64,000 bases of DNA from an uncultured cyanobacterium (GTDB taxonomy: Bacteria > Cyanobacteriota > Cyanobacteriia > Cyanobacteriales > Nostocaceae): contig OY970166.1 in NCBI GenBank assembly GCA_963706595.1, forward strand, positions 544,001 through 608,000, read 5' to 3'. The notes under the pieces were generated by a model. It ran no database searches and was not told where the DNA came from. It was given only the letters and a program-made list of their open reading frames with translations. The position numbers and the translations under genes are program-made. The stretch's first letter is position 1. Each line of letters opens with the position of its first letter. Positions 10,519 to 20,300 of the stretch are shown here, piece by piece.

Positions 10519-10725
10519 AGGACAAGCAAGATGTGCATCCCACAAGAAATTACTACCATGTACACACAAATCGGGAAATTCTGTGCTGTGTCATAAGACC
10601 CCACCCCTAACCCCTCCCCGCAAGCGAGGAGGGGAACTGGATTTCCGGTTAAATTCTGTTTTTAGGACTGACAAATCAAAAAACATTCCAAATTTTCTTG
10701 TGGGATGGGTGTCCCCACCCGTCCC
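10519..10725. repeat. Composite intergenic repeat: inverted REP-like copies (..CATCCCACAAGAA / TTCTTGTGGGATGG..) around a MITE-like segment
   Basis: Related copies near 33500 and 51235-51260; TGTACACACAAATCGG end is the inverse of 59632-59647. Confidence 0.5.
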
Positions 10726-11076
10726 CTAAAAACCAACGGCTTTATCAAAGCGGAGAATTTCCAAACTGCGATCGCCATAAACGCCCTCTATTTGCTGACG
10801 ACAGCAGTCAATGGCAAAATCGTCAAGTTCTTCTGGCTCAATTTCGTACATATCCTGAAATATTTCTGGTTCAACACGGCAGAACCGGGGGCGATTTGCA
10901 TAGATACTGCATTCTCGGTTGGTATGGTCGAAATTAACGCACCATCCGCCTTCGCCCACCATACTCAGGTATAGTTCCAATTCGGCTGGTGAGAGATATT
11001 CTTCTAAGTCTGGACGTTCTGCGGGGTCAAGATTACAACAAGCCCCACATTGTTTAACACATTGCCAGTTTGCCAT
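10726..11076 (-). CDS. YkgJ-family cysteine cluster protein
   Basis: CxxxCGACC ... C..F ... CSIY..RP..CR. Confidence 0.88.
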   Translation of the reverse strand: MANWQCVKQCGACCNLDPAERPDLEEYLSPAELELYLSMVGEGGWCVNFDHTNRECSIYANRPRFCRVEPEIFQDMYEIEPEELDDFAIDCCRQQIEGVYGDRSLEILRFDKAVGF

Positions 11077-11200
11077 TTTATTTATTTTCCTATAATTTTG
11101 TTAAGTAAATTAAATCTAACAGCCCACGGCCAGATATGATTAATGGCGAGTTTTACAACTGTGTTACTGTATTTTGAAAAATTAAGAGGACAAGGGAAAA

Positions 11201-11323
11201 ATGTTTGATACTTTAAGCAATCTCAATTGGGAAGTCATCTTCCAGCTAGTTTCCGTGGGACTAATCCTCATTTCTGGTCCAGTAGTCATATTTGTACTGG
11301 CGTTTCGCAACGGCAATATGTAG
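11201..11323 (+). CDS. psb30: Photosystem II protein Psb30 (Ycf12)
   Basis: Not in ORF track; translates MFDTLSNLNWEVIFQLVSVGLILISGPVVIFVLAFRNGNM*, with RBS-like GAGGA/AAGGG upstream. Confidence 0.93.
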   Translation: MFDTLSNLNWEVIFQLVSVGLILISGPVVIFVLAFRNGNM

Positions 11324-11359
11324 GAGTGCTGAGTGCTGAGTGTTGAGTACATGAAAAAC

Positions 11360-13549
11360 TCATAACTCAGGACTCAGCGGACACTGAGCGTAGTCGAAGT
11401 GTGCTGATAATGCCTGAAGGGCAGCTTGGATAATGTTGTCATACTGTGGTTGAGATATATCAATCTCTTTGGAGTCTTGACGATTTTTGCCTATTAGACC
11501 AATTGTATGTCCTGGTTGCATGACTAAAACTTTGCCTTCAGGATTTTTAATTCTTAATTCTCCTAAAGTATCGTTTTTATATATACCACAAGTATAATTT
11601 CGCTGTTTGTACTGAAAGTTAGCTTTTAATGGACTAGCAGACGACTGATTAAATAGATGAGATAGCGTTAGCTGTTGGGAATTAATGGCTTGATCGCTAA
11701 AATGCTCATTTGCGAGTCTGACACCGAGTAATTCTAACTCAATGGTAGTATTACCATTAAAGTGATTCTCTCGCAGCTTGTAAGCGATATCGACTCGCGG
11801 GGGTAAGGGAAAATAGTCTTGCCAACGCCAGGCGATCGCTTTAATTTTATACTGTTGATCATGAATAGTTTGGCTCAGTGTCAATTTAATGTGACCTTTA
11901 CCTACGATTTTTTGCTCAATCACTTGCACCCCAGATGTCCAGAATAAGGGATCGGGGTTCTCCATACCGCAGGGATGCAGAGCATTAATTTGTTGGTATA
12001 GCTGCTGATTGAGTTGATTTAAATCAGCTTCAGCATCAATTCTGAGTAGTGGTTTCAGATGTTGTAGTTCTAGACACTGATTCGCAAATTCAGATAAACG
12101 CGATCGCAATATCTCCAAATTCTCGGCTGGGAAAGAAAAACCGCCGGCGGCTTTGTGTCCACCAAATTTACCTAATAAATTGTGACAATATTGTAACGCT
12201 TCAAATACATTAAACTCAGGAATTCCACGGGCAGAACCGCGAATGTGTCCTTCATCCTCATAAGTGCCAATAAACACAGGTACACCGTAGCGCTCCACTA
12301 AGCGAGAGGCGACAATCCCAATTACACCATGATGCCAATCAGGTTGGATAACTACTAATACGCGGTCTTTTGGCAGATTAGATGCAAACTCGGCTTCTAC
12401 ATAGGCGATCGCCTCCTGTTCAATTTCCTCGCACATTTGCTGACGGCTGATGTTCGTTAACTCACATTGTGTCGCCAGTTCGAGTGCGATCGCCATATCA
12501 TCAGTAGTTAATAATTCAATCACTGTCTGAGGATCACCAATGCGACCAATAGCATTAATCCGTGGTCCCAAACGAAAACCAATATCTTCAGGCTTTAAAG
12601 ACTTAGCAGACGAGACTGAGGGACTCTTTCCCCCTGCTCCCTGCTCCCTGCTCCCCTGCATCTTTTCCCCTTGTCCCTCTTCCCTCGCTTGTAACCCAGC
12701 TACTTGAATTAACGCCTTAATTCCTGGTAAATCAGATTTAGGTAAATGCTTTAAACCACGTTTTACCCAGCGACGGTTTACACCTGTTAAAGGAGCTAAG
12801 TCTGCAATGGTTCCCAGTGTAAATAAAGCTAACATTGGCTGAACTAAGCCTTTAATCTCTCCTAACTGTTGCGCTAGACATACCGCTAAAATGTAAGCTA
12901 CACCCACACCCGCAACACTCCGATAAGGTGACGATTCAGCGATTAGTTTGGGGTTGAGAATGGCGTTAGCTGGGGGAAGTTTTGGGGGGATGTCGTGGTG
13001 GTCTGTGACAATCACATTTAGACCAAGTTCTCTGGCTCTAGCAATGGGTTCATAAGCCGAAATCCCATTATCTACAGTCAGAATCAGTTCTACACCTTCA
13101 CTGTGAAATTCTTCCACAATGCGCTTGTTAATTCCATAACCATCGTGCATTCGGCTGGGGATAGCGTAATCCACTTGAGCGCCTAAACTGCGAAGACTAC
13201 GCAACAATAAAGCCGTGCTAGTCATACCATCAGCATCATAATCACCACAGATCGCAATTTTAGCTTTCGTTGCGATCGCCTGTTGCAATAACTCTACACT
13301 CGCCGCTAAATCGGGAAATTCTTCTAAGGGTGAAGGTAAGACTAAAGACTCTGGATTTAAAAAGCCTTGTGCTGCTTCTGCTGTTGTAATACCACGATTA
13401 ATCAATAACTGACCAATAATAGGAGAAACATTGGTCATCATCGCCAAATTTTGGGCAAATTCTGGTTGCTGGGGATAAATTTCCCAGCGCTGATTAGGTA
13501 AATGCTTATCAGGTGTGATCGGTTTTGGGAAAGCTTGATCTAACATCAA
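11360..13549 (-). CDS. recJ: Single-stranded DNA exonuclease RecJ
   Basis: GDYDADG, TVDNG, TDHH, GTIADL, GPRINA.GR, RGSAR, GGHKAAGG. Confidence 0.95.
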   Translation of the reverse strand: MMLDQAFPKPITPDKHLPNQRWEIYPQQPEFAQNLAMMTNVSPIIGQLLINRGITTAEAAQGFLNPESLVLPSPLEEFPDLAASVELLQQAIATKAKIAICGDYDADGMTSTALLLRSLRSLGAQVDYAIPSRMHDGYGINKRIVEEFHSEGVELILTVDNGISAYEPIARARELGLNVIVTDHHDIPPKLPPANAILNPKLIAESSPYRSVAGVGVAYILAVCLAQQLGEIKGLVQPMLALFTLGTIADLAPLTGVNRRWVKRGLKHLPKSDLPGIKALIQVAGLQAREEGQGEKMQGSREQGAGGKSPSVSSAKSLKPEDIGFRLGPRINAIGRIGDPQTVIELLTTDDMAIALELATQCELTNISRQQMCEEIEQEAIAYVEAEFASNLPKDRVLVVIQPDWHHGVIGIVASRLVERYGVPVFIGTYEDEGHIRGSARGIPEFNVFEALQYCHNLLGKFGGHKAAGGFSFPAENLEILRSRLSEFANQCLELQHLKPLLRIDAEADLNQLNQQLYQQINALHPCGMENPDPLFWTSGVQVIEQKIVGKGHIKLTLSQTIHDQQYKIKAIAWRWQDYFPLPPRVDIAYKLRENHFNGNTTIELELLGVRLANEHFSDQAINSQQLTLSHLFNQSSASPLKANFQYKQRNYTCGIYKNDTLGELRIKNPEGKVLVMQPGHTIGLIGKNRQDSKEIDISQPQYDNIIQAALQALSAHFDYAQCPLSPEL

Positions 13550-13571
13550 TTATCAGTTGTGAGCAAGTCTA

Positions 13572-13634
13572 GGTAGGCGCGGGTTTAGCAATATCCCCGT
13601 TAATCATCAAGGATATCTGTGAACCCGCCCCTAC
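13572..13634. repeat. REP-like hairpin GTAGGCGCGGGTT...AACCCGCCCCTAC
   Basis: Imperfect inverted repeat with GTAG/CTAC ends. Confidence 0.55.
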
Positions 13635-13654
13635 TCATAACATTTTTTGCTCAC

Positions 13655-14080
13655 TTAAAATACATCTACCCGACCATCATTCAGGATATACACAGAGCGA
13701 TCGCCTGGGAAACTCTCATTAGGACGTAATTCTACCTGCAATGTGCCAAAGTTAGGTTTCGAGACATTCGCCTTTATCGATAACCCCGTATCATCCCAGA
13801 AAACCAGAGAAATATTTGGTGTTGTCCCGTGTCCATGCTCCAATATTAATTCCTCTCCTGATTGTAGGGAAATAGTATCAGTGGTGGCAGGTTTTTGTAA
13901 CTTCAGCAAGCGGGGAGTACGATTTACCACTTGAATGCGGATACGTTGACCAGGCGTAAACTGCATGGGACGCGCGCCACAATTAGAAGCACAAGTTCCA
14001 GCTAGGGTAACTTGCGAAGCATTTGTTGATGTCAATAAAAAAGCTGTAGCGATTAAAGTTGCTGCTATTAACTTAACCAT
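13655..14080 (-). CDS. Secreted hypothetical protein
   Basis: 141 aa, signal peptide, CxxxC, beta-rich. Confidence 0.7.
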   Translation of the reverse strand: MVKLIAATLIATAFLLTSTNASQVTLAGTCASNCGARPMQFTPGQRIRIQVVNRTPRLLKLQKPATTDTISLQSGEELILEHGHGTTPNISLVFWDDTGLSIKANVSKPNFGTLQVELRPNESFPGDRSVYILNDGRVDVF

Positions 14081-14083
14081 ATA

Positions 14084-14237
14084 TAGGACTCCTATCTGAT
14101 TTTTGTTAGCTTACCCTACTCCCTACTCCCTACTCCCTACTCCCATTTCCCCATTTCCCCATTCCCCACTCCCTACTCCCTACTCCCCATTCCCCATTCC
14201 CCACTCCCCACTCCCCACTCCCTACTCCCCACTCCCT
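14084..14237. repeat. TAGGACTCCTAT-family MITE end followed by (CCCCACT/CCCTACT)n STRR
   Basis: Directly visible; same end at 31698, 35012 and 39800. Confidence 0.75.
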
Positions 14238-15675
14238 ATTTCCAAGAAAAAATTTCCAAATGAACAGATGCTTCATTCCCCAACACTTTTTTCCCTCGTT
14301 CAGGTAAGACGATATCAGCTATAAAACCATCTGCATTAGGATTAGGATTGATGGGAATGTGCGGCTCTTCATTTTCATAATTCCAGGCGTACTTAGCCGT
14401 GTAGAAACCATCTAGGACTGTGACATCGACGATCAGATAGTCAGACCAAAGGGGTAATTGATCAATATGGCTACCAAACAACCAGTCTCGCTCTTTTTTG
14501 ACAAAAGAATGCAACGCTAATCTAATGGCATATCTACAGGTAGAATCACCACTAGCTGAGTAGCTGGGAACCATGAAAGCTGTAAATAGTGGTATGGGTA
14601 TTCCCCTAGTTAATTCCAGTGTGATGGGACAATAATGAGCGATACTTTGTTCATGTATAGCCACAGGAAGACCACGCAGGGCAGATCGGACTTCCATCTG
14701 ATAAAAAGTATCGTTGCGATCGCCTAATTCAACATGATTAAGGGATAGTTTCACCTTAATATCACCAAATAAAAAGCGTTGCAGATTTTGATAAGCTTCT
14801 TCCGAGTTGACCATTCCATAACGCCCACCATGAGTCCGATAAATATAGGCGCGATGCGATCCTCTGACATAGGCTTTCTCAGTCTGAACTAGACCATCAC
14901 TTTGAAGACCTACCATCTTCTGTGCAGCACCAAAAGCTACATCGTAATCACGGGCATTTGTACCAATAATACAAAAAACTCGGTCTGTTGGAAAAGCGTC
15001 ATCAAGGCTTTGAGCATCAAAATCGTCAGGTAATAAATCTTTTTGCTGTGTTTGAGGTGTTAAATATTCATACATCCTCTGGGGTCCAAAATCATCACTA
15101 TTATTTAATTTGAGTGAATCTCTAATTTTTTCAATTACGCCATTGCCAATTTCAAAATGAATGCCACCATGAGGTGTACCATAAGTAAATAACTTATCAA
15201 TATGATCAATAGCTTGCTCGTTCTGCTCTGGATAAATCTTCTGTATGAGACTGCGACAAACAAGACCTCCCATAGAGTGGGCAATTAAGTAAACTTGATT
15301 TGCACCTGTGTGAGATTTAACAGTATTAATCAAGTCTCTCAAACGCGCTGCTACTTGCTCTATTGTCAGTCTGATAGCTGTCTGGGAACCCCAACTTTGG
15401 GTGGTTTCATCATAAAATCGGTAAATCCAAATAGATTTCGGGTTTTTGCTCAACTGTTGATCGTGCTGATGGTCAAAAACAGGTCGATAACCGTGATCAG
15501 TTATGAGTCGCAGCAGTGGACTCTCGAAAAAAAACTGCTCCGGGTTTCCTTGCACACCCACCCGAATATGTGCCGAGCCATGATTAAATCCATAAAATGG
15601 ATCTTCCACCGTTTGCTCAACGTCTTTATCTGAGCCGGCATATCCACGGACATAGATGATGGGTAAATATTTCAT
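14236..15675 (-). CDS. Alpha/beta-hydrolase (PGAP1/lipase-like) with C-terminal beta domain
   Basis: AHSMGG nucleophile elbow, GTPHGG, SDGLV. Confidence 0.75.
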   Translation of the reverse strand: MKYLPIIYVRGYAGSDKDVEQTVEDPFYGFNHGSAHIRVGVQGNPEQFFFESPLLRLITDHGYRPVFDHQHDQQLSKNPKSIWIYRFYDETTQSWGSQTAIRLTIEQVAARLRDLINTVKSHTGANQVYLIAHSMGGLVCRSLIQKIYPEQNEQAIDHIDKLFTYGTPHGGIHFEIGNGVIEKIRDSLKLNNSDDFGPQRMYEYLTPQTQQKDLLPDDFDAQSLDDAFPTDRVFCIIGTNARDYDVAFGAAQKMVGLQSDGLVQTEKAYVRGSHRAYIYRTHGGRYGMVNSEEAYQNLQRFLFGDIKVKLSLNHVELGDRNDTFYQMEVRSALRGLPVAIHEQSIAHYCPITLELTRGIPIPLFTAFMVPSYSASGDSTCRYAIRLALHSFVKKERDWLFGSHIDQLPLWSDYLIVDVTVLDGFYTAKYAWNYENEEPHIPINPNPNADGFIADIVLPERGKKVLGNEASVHLEIFSWK

Positions 15676-15833
15676 TATTTATTGTTTTAAAGTTAAATTT
15701 AGCTTTTAGCCGCAGTTGCAATTAAAAGCTACCAGAAGATATATTTTTTGAGATGAATTTGTAAGAATTTGTATTATTTGGACTAAAGTTAGCGAATTTA
15801 GCATTTGTGTCCATCACCCAAATTTTTCACATC

Positions 15834-17087
15834 CTAATCAACCGTTGCTCCTTCCAACCAAATCTCTGCATCATCTGCGAGTAACTTTTCTGCTGCTTCC
15901 AACATAGATGCGGCGATATCTTTTAAATCTTCACGATTATTCAAGTAAGTTTTGAGCGCTGACCTGGGGTCAATACTGCTACTGGCGGTCAATTCCGGGA
16001 TTCTGGGGCGAGCCAATTGGCTGACTAATTCGGCTTGAATCGTATAGTTGTGAGCCGGAGTTAAGGCTGTATGGATGGAAGCGCCATCAATTATATCCAT
16101 CTGTTCCGAACGGAGTTTATAAATTAACCGCACGACAGCATCTTCAATATTATGTTTAGCGATCGCCTTCATTAAAGCAGCTTGTGGATCATCCGCTTTA
16201 GATATATCCACCTCTATAGTGCGGAAAGTCCGAACAGGTAAAGGACAAAATTCCCAATGAGCGCTTCCTCGCTCCAGTTCAATCATCACATAGCCTTTAT
16301 CTTCTTTTTCTTCGCTAAAATCAACCCGTTCAATACTTCCTGGATAAATCACCGGCGGGTTATTAGATTTATTCAAATTCTGGTGACGGTGGACGTGTCC
16401 TAATGCCACATAATCAAAACAAGGTCGCGTCAGCAAAGATAGCGGTAAAGTAAAACCCTTACCCACAGCTAAAAAACGCTCGGCTCCTAAAGTCGCATTG
16501 TCAGCCATTAAGTGAGCCAACAGCACAGTGGGAACTTCAGGGTCAAGACGGCGAATCTCTCCTTCTAAAACCACTTTTAAACGTTCTGTTAACAGTTCAT
16601 TCACCTCAGCCAAAGAAGACTTTTCCGTTTCTTGACGAGTCATCAAAGTTGAACGGGTGAGCCAAGGTAAGGTAATTACTTGGACTTTGCCATGACGAGT
16701 TTGAATACTGTGAGTGGTGACAGTATCACCCACAACAAAACCCCTCACTCCCAAAGTGCGGTAAATATTTAAACTCGCTCCTCCTACTCCTTGGGAATGT
16801 TGGTCATGGTTCCCGACTAACAACACCGTGGGAATATCTGCATCCACAAGCCGGCGAAACTGATTAGCAAAAGCTTCTTGCACATAAGGCGCTGGTGTAG
16901 CATCTGGGAAGGCATCACCGCCAAATATCACCAAATCCACCGTATCTTCTAGCGCTCGGTCAATACATCGAGATAATGTCTTGACAAAATCCTCTAATCG
17001 TGTATTTAGTCCTGTGGCGGGATTCATGCGTCCGTGGGAGAAACCGCTTCCTATATGGATGTCGGAAAGATGCAGGATCTTAATCAT
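15834..17087 (-). CDS. sbcD: Exonuclease SbcD
   Basis: LSDIH, GD.F, GNHD, LAH, ALGHVH, YPGSIER. Confidence 0.93.
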   Translation of the reverse strand: MIKILHLSDIHIGSGFSHGRMNPATGLNTRLEDFVKTLSRCIDRALEDTVDLVIFGGDAFPDATPAPYVQEAFANQFRRLVDADIPTVLLVGNHDQHSQGVGGASLNIYRTLGVRGFVVGDTVTTHSIQTRHGKVQVITLPWLTRSTLMTRQETEKSSLAEVNELLTERLKVVLEGEIRRLDPEVPTVLLAHLMADNATLGAERFLAVGKGFTLPLSLLTRPCFDYVALGHVHRHQNLNKSNNPPVIYPGSIERVDFSEEKEDKGYVMIELERGSAHWEFCPLPVRTFRTIEVDISKADDPQAALMKAIAKHNIEDAVVRLIYKLRSEQMDIIDGASIHTALTPAHNYTIQAELVSQLARPRIPELTASSSIDPRSALKTYLNNREDLKDIAASMLEAAEKLLADDAEIWLEGATVD

Positions 17088-17313
17088 ATTTCTCAGGTGT
17101 TAGTTGACTTTTGTCTAACATATTAATGACTATTTAACTGGAAATTACTTACCTAGACTCGCCAGCATCCGGCGTTTTTATCTTCTTTGCAACATTGATT
17201 TTTGCAGTAATTTATATGATTTATACAAAATTTTGCCGTAAACAAGAAATTTCACTTAAAATATATAGTATAAAAAAACCCTATTTTGATTAACTGCTAG
17301 AAATCGGAAACCA

Positions 17314-20300
17314 ATGAGTAACAGCATGAATCTGGCAATTCAGGAGAAGATCAAGGTTTGGAAGGATAAACTTGCAGATTTCAGTAGCAGTAACCCTCTG
17401 CTTAATTTTAGTGAAAAGAGCAAAAAACCAAGGGTTAATATTTCTACACCACCTCTAATCCTATTTCAAAAATTTGTAGAAAGCGACTCTGGCGAATTTC
17501 CTGTCAAAGATTTGGAAACTGAACAAACAGATAGTGACCGCATCAAGCTTCTTGATAAACTGCGTAGTGAAGCAAAGAAAACATTAGAGGAAAAGGGTTT
17601 TGTTAGTTTATTCTTAGTCCTTGGTACTTTAAATTGGTTTGATACGGCAAATCATCAGGACAGGAAGGAAAAGCTAGTCTCCCCTCTGTTGCTGATTCCA
17701 TTAGAACTACACAAAAAAGGGAAAAAACCACCAGAATATAAACTTTATCTTGCTGATCAGGAAATTTCTGTTAACTTTATTTTAGCAAATAAGTTACAAG
17801 ATGAATTTAATATCAAATTACCTGAGTCTGAAACAATTCAAGAATTGGGATACGAAGGATTTATGAATACGGTACGTGATGCTATAGCTGAAAAACAGAA
17901 TTGGAACCTAGAAGAAATTGCTTATATTACCTCGTTTGAGTCCTTCAAAACAGCGATGATAAAGGACTTAGAACAACATCAAGAACTAATTGCTACTCAT
18001 CCGATTCTGCAAGGAATTGCTCTGAAAGAACAACTAGAGAATCAGGTTGGTAGTTTCAAGACCATCATAGACAAGGAACTGGATACAATTAATCCTAAAT
18101 TAGTATATCAAATATGTGATGCTGATTTTAGCCAGCAAGTAGTAATAGAAGCTGCCAAAGCAGGATTTAGTTTTGTAGTACAAGGACCGCCAGGAACAGG
18201 TAAAAGTCAAACTATTGCTAACATCGTTGCTGAATTAATTGGAAAAGATAAAAAAATTTTATTAGTTGCTGAAAAGCAAACTGCTCTTGATGCTGTATAT
18301 AAAAAATTACTGGAATCTCAGCCTTCTCTTAAAGAGGTATGTTTAAATTTGCATCATAGAGGTACAAACAAGATACAGAATTTGCTAGAAGAATTATATA
18401 AAACTAAAAGTCTGCTATTGCAAAGAAATGAATCAAAATCACAAGAGTCTAAATGGGACATCTTTTTTCAAGAATTGCAAGACTGCCGAGCAACTATAAA
18501 TAAACACAACGAAATGTTACATAAAACATATCAGCCGATTAATAAATCTGCTTTTGAGATATATGGGAAAATTCTTAAGCTAGAAAATGAAAAAGTTCCA
18601 ACATTAGATTTTAATATTTATAACTTAAAAGATTGGTCAGAAGATGTTTTACTGAAAGCAAGTCAATTAGTTGAAGAGCTTCAAAAATTTGAGGCTATTT
18701 TTATGGGAACACAAAACACTATCTGGTCAAATAGTCCTGTAAAAGTGTGGGATGCCTATAACAACAGTAACTTACGTCAAAATATTAATGATTTGCGTGA
18801 GGGAATTGAACTTGCCATAAACACAATAAATCGTTTAGGCGAATTATTAGCAATAGAACCTAATCATAAATTAGTAATTTTAAATTTACTAAGTTTAGAT
18901 ATGCTTTATTCAGCAGTAGGATATCTTGTTGCAGTGCCTCCCAAGTTTCCGCTAGTCTGGCTACAACACACAAATTTAAGTAGTTTGCAAAAGTATTTTT
19001 CTGAGCTTAAAAATGATATTTCTTATATTGAATGTGTAAATAGCGATTTCCAGAAAAATTATATTAACGATTTTTTAAGTTTAAATTTATCTGAATTACG
19101 AAAATTTCAGCAAAAACTAGAGACTCATAGAAGTATTTGGCGTTATTTTCAATGTAGTTATTGGCGCAGCCGCAAGAAAATAATAAAATTTCTAAAACTA
19201 AAAAAAGGGGTTACAAACAAACAAATAATTGGTGATATTAATAAAGCAATAAAACGTCAAGAATTTTTGTACAAGTTGAAAAATTTAAATCATGAATATA
19301 ATCAAGAATTTCGGGCGTATTTTGACGAAAAACTCCCAGAAAAAATTCCAGATTCAAATGCTATTGAACAACATTTAAATTGGTTGAAATTACTACAAAA
19401 GTATGAGTTACCTTCTCAGGGAGTAGCAGCAGCTATTTCTTCATCAGAAAATTTACAAGAACTGAGCAGTTTACTAAAGGATTTAGAAAATTCTCAAAAC
19501 TTAATCAAAGAAGGTTTCAAATTCATCAGGAAACACTTTCCACAGCATCCAATGACGAAAGTGGGCGAATTGGAAGAAAAACTTTTGCCAGAAGTAGAAG
19601 ATTTTATTAATAAATCCGAAAGTGAACTAAGTAGTTTTCAACAATATTTAGATTGTCAGCAAATAATAGAAAAACTTGAGTATTTTGGAGCTAAAGATTT
19701 TTTATCAAAACTGAAAAATACTAGCATAGCACCAGATTTTTGGGTTTCAATATTACGGAAAGGTGTTTATCATAACTGGCGACAATACATATATGATAGT
19801 TGTGAACTGCGAAACTTTAATCCAAAAATGTATGAAGAGAAAATACAAAAATTTTGCAAACTTGATGTTCAACAATACCAAGTAGCAATAGAGCGATTAC
19901 AACAACTCCATGCTAAACGTTGGCAGGAATGGTCTACGCAGCCAGAGGCGAAGAAACAGATTCAATTGCTTGAAAGCCAACGTAAATTAAAAACAGGTCA
20001 TCAAAAAATTCGTCAATTCATCAAAAATGCCCCTCAACTTGTTACTACCCTCAAGCCTTTTTGGCTAATGAGTCCACTAGCAGTTAGCCAGTATATAGAC
20101 CCAGATGCGGTAAAGTTTGATGTTGTAATCTTTGATGAAGCTTCCCAGATATGTACTGAAGATGCTGTAACCGCAATTATGCGAGCAAAGCAGGTAATTG
20201 TGGTTGGTGATGATAAACAACTACCACCAACATTTAATCCTGGTAACGCTTCTGGTAAGTCAGATGACGAACAAGAAGTATATGAAAGTTTGCTCAATGA

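Noticed and set aside
15834..17087. sbcD without sbcC as part of the defence island
   Set aside because: Divergently oriented, host-like composition with HIP1; unlinked sbcC/sbcD is common in cyanobacteria
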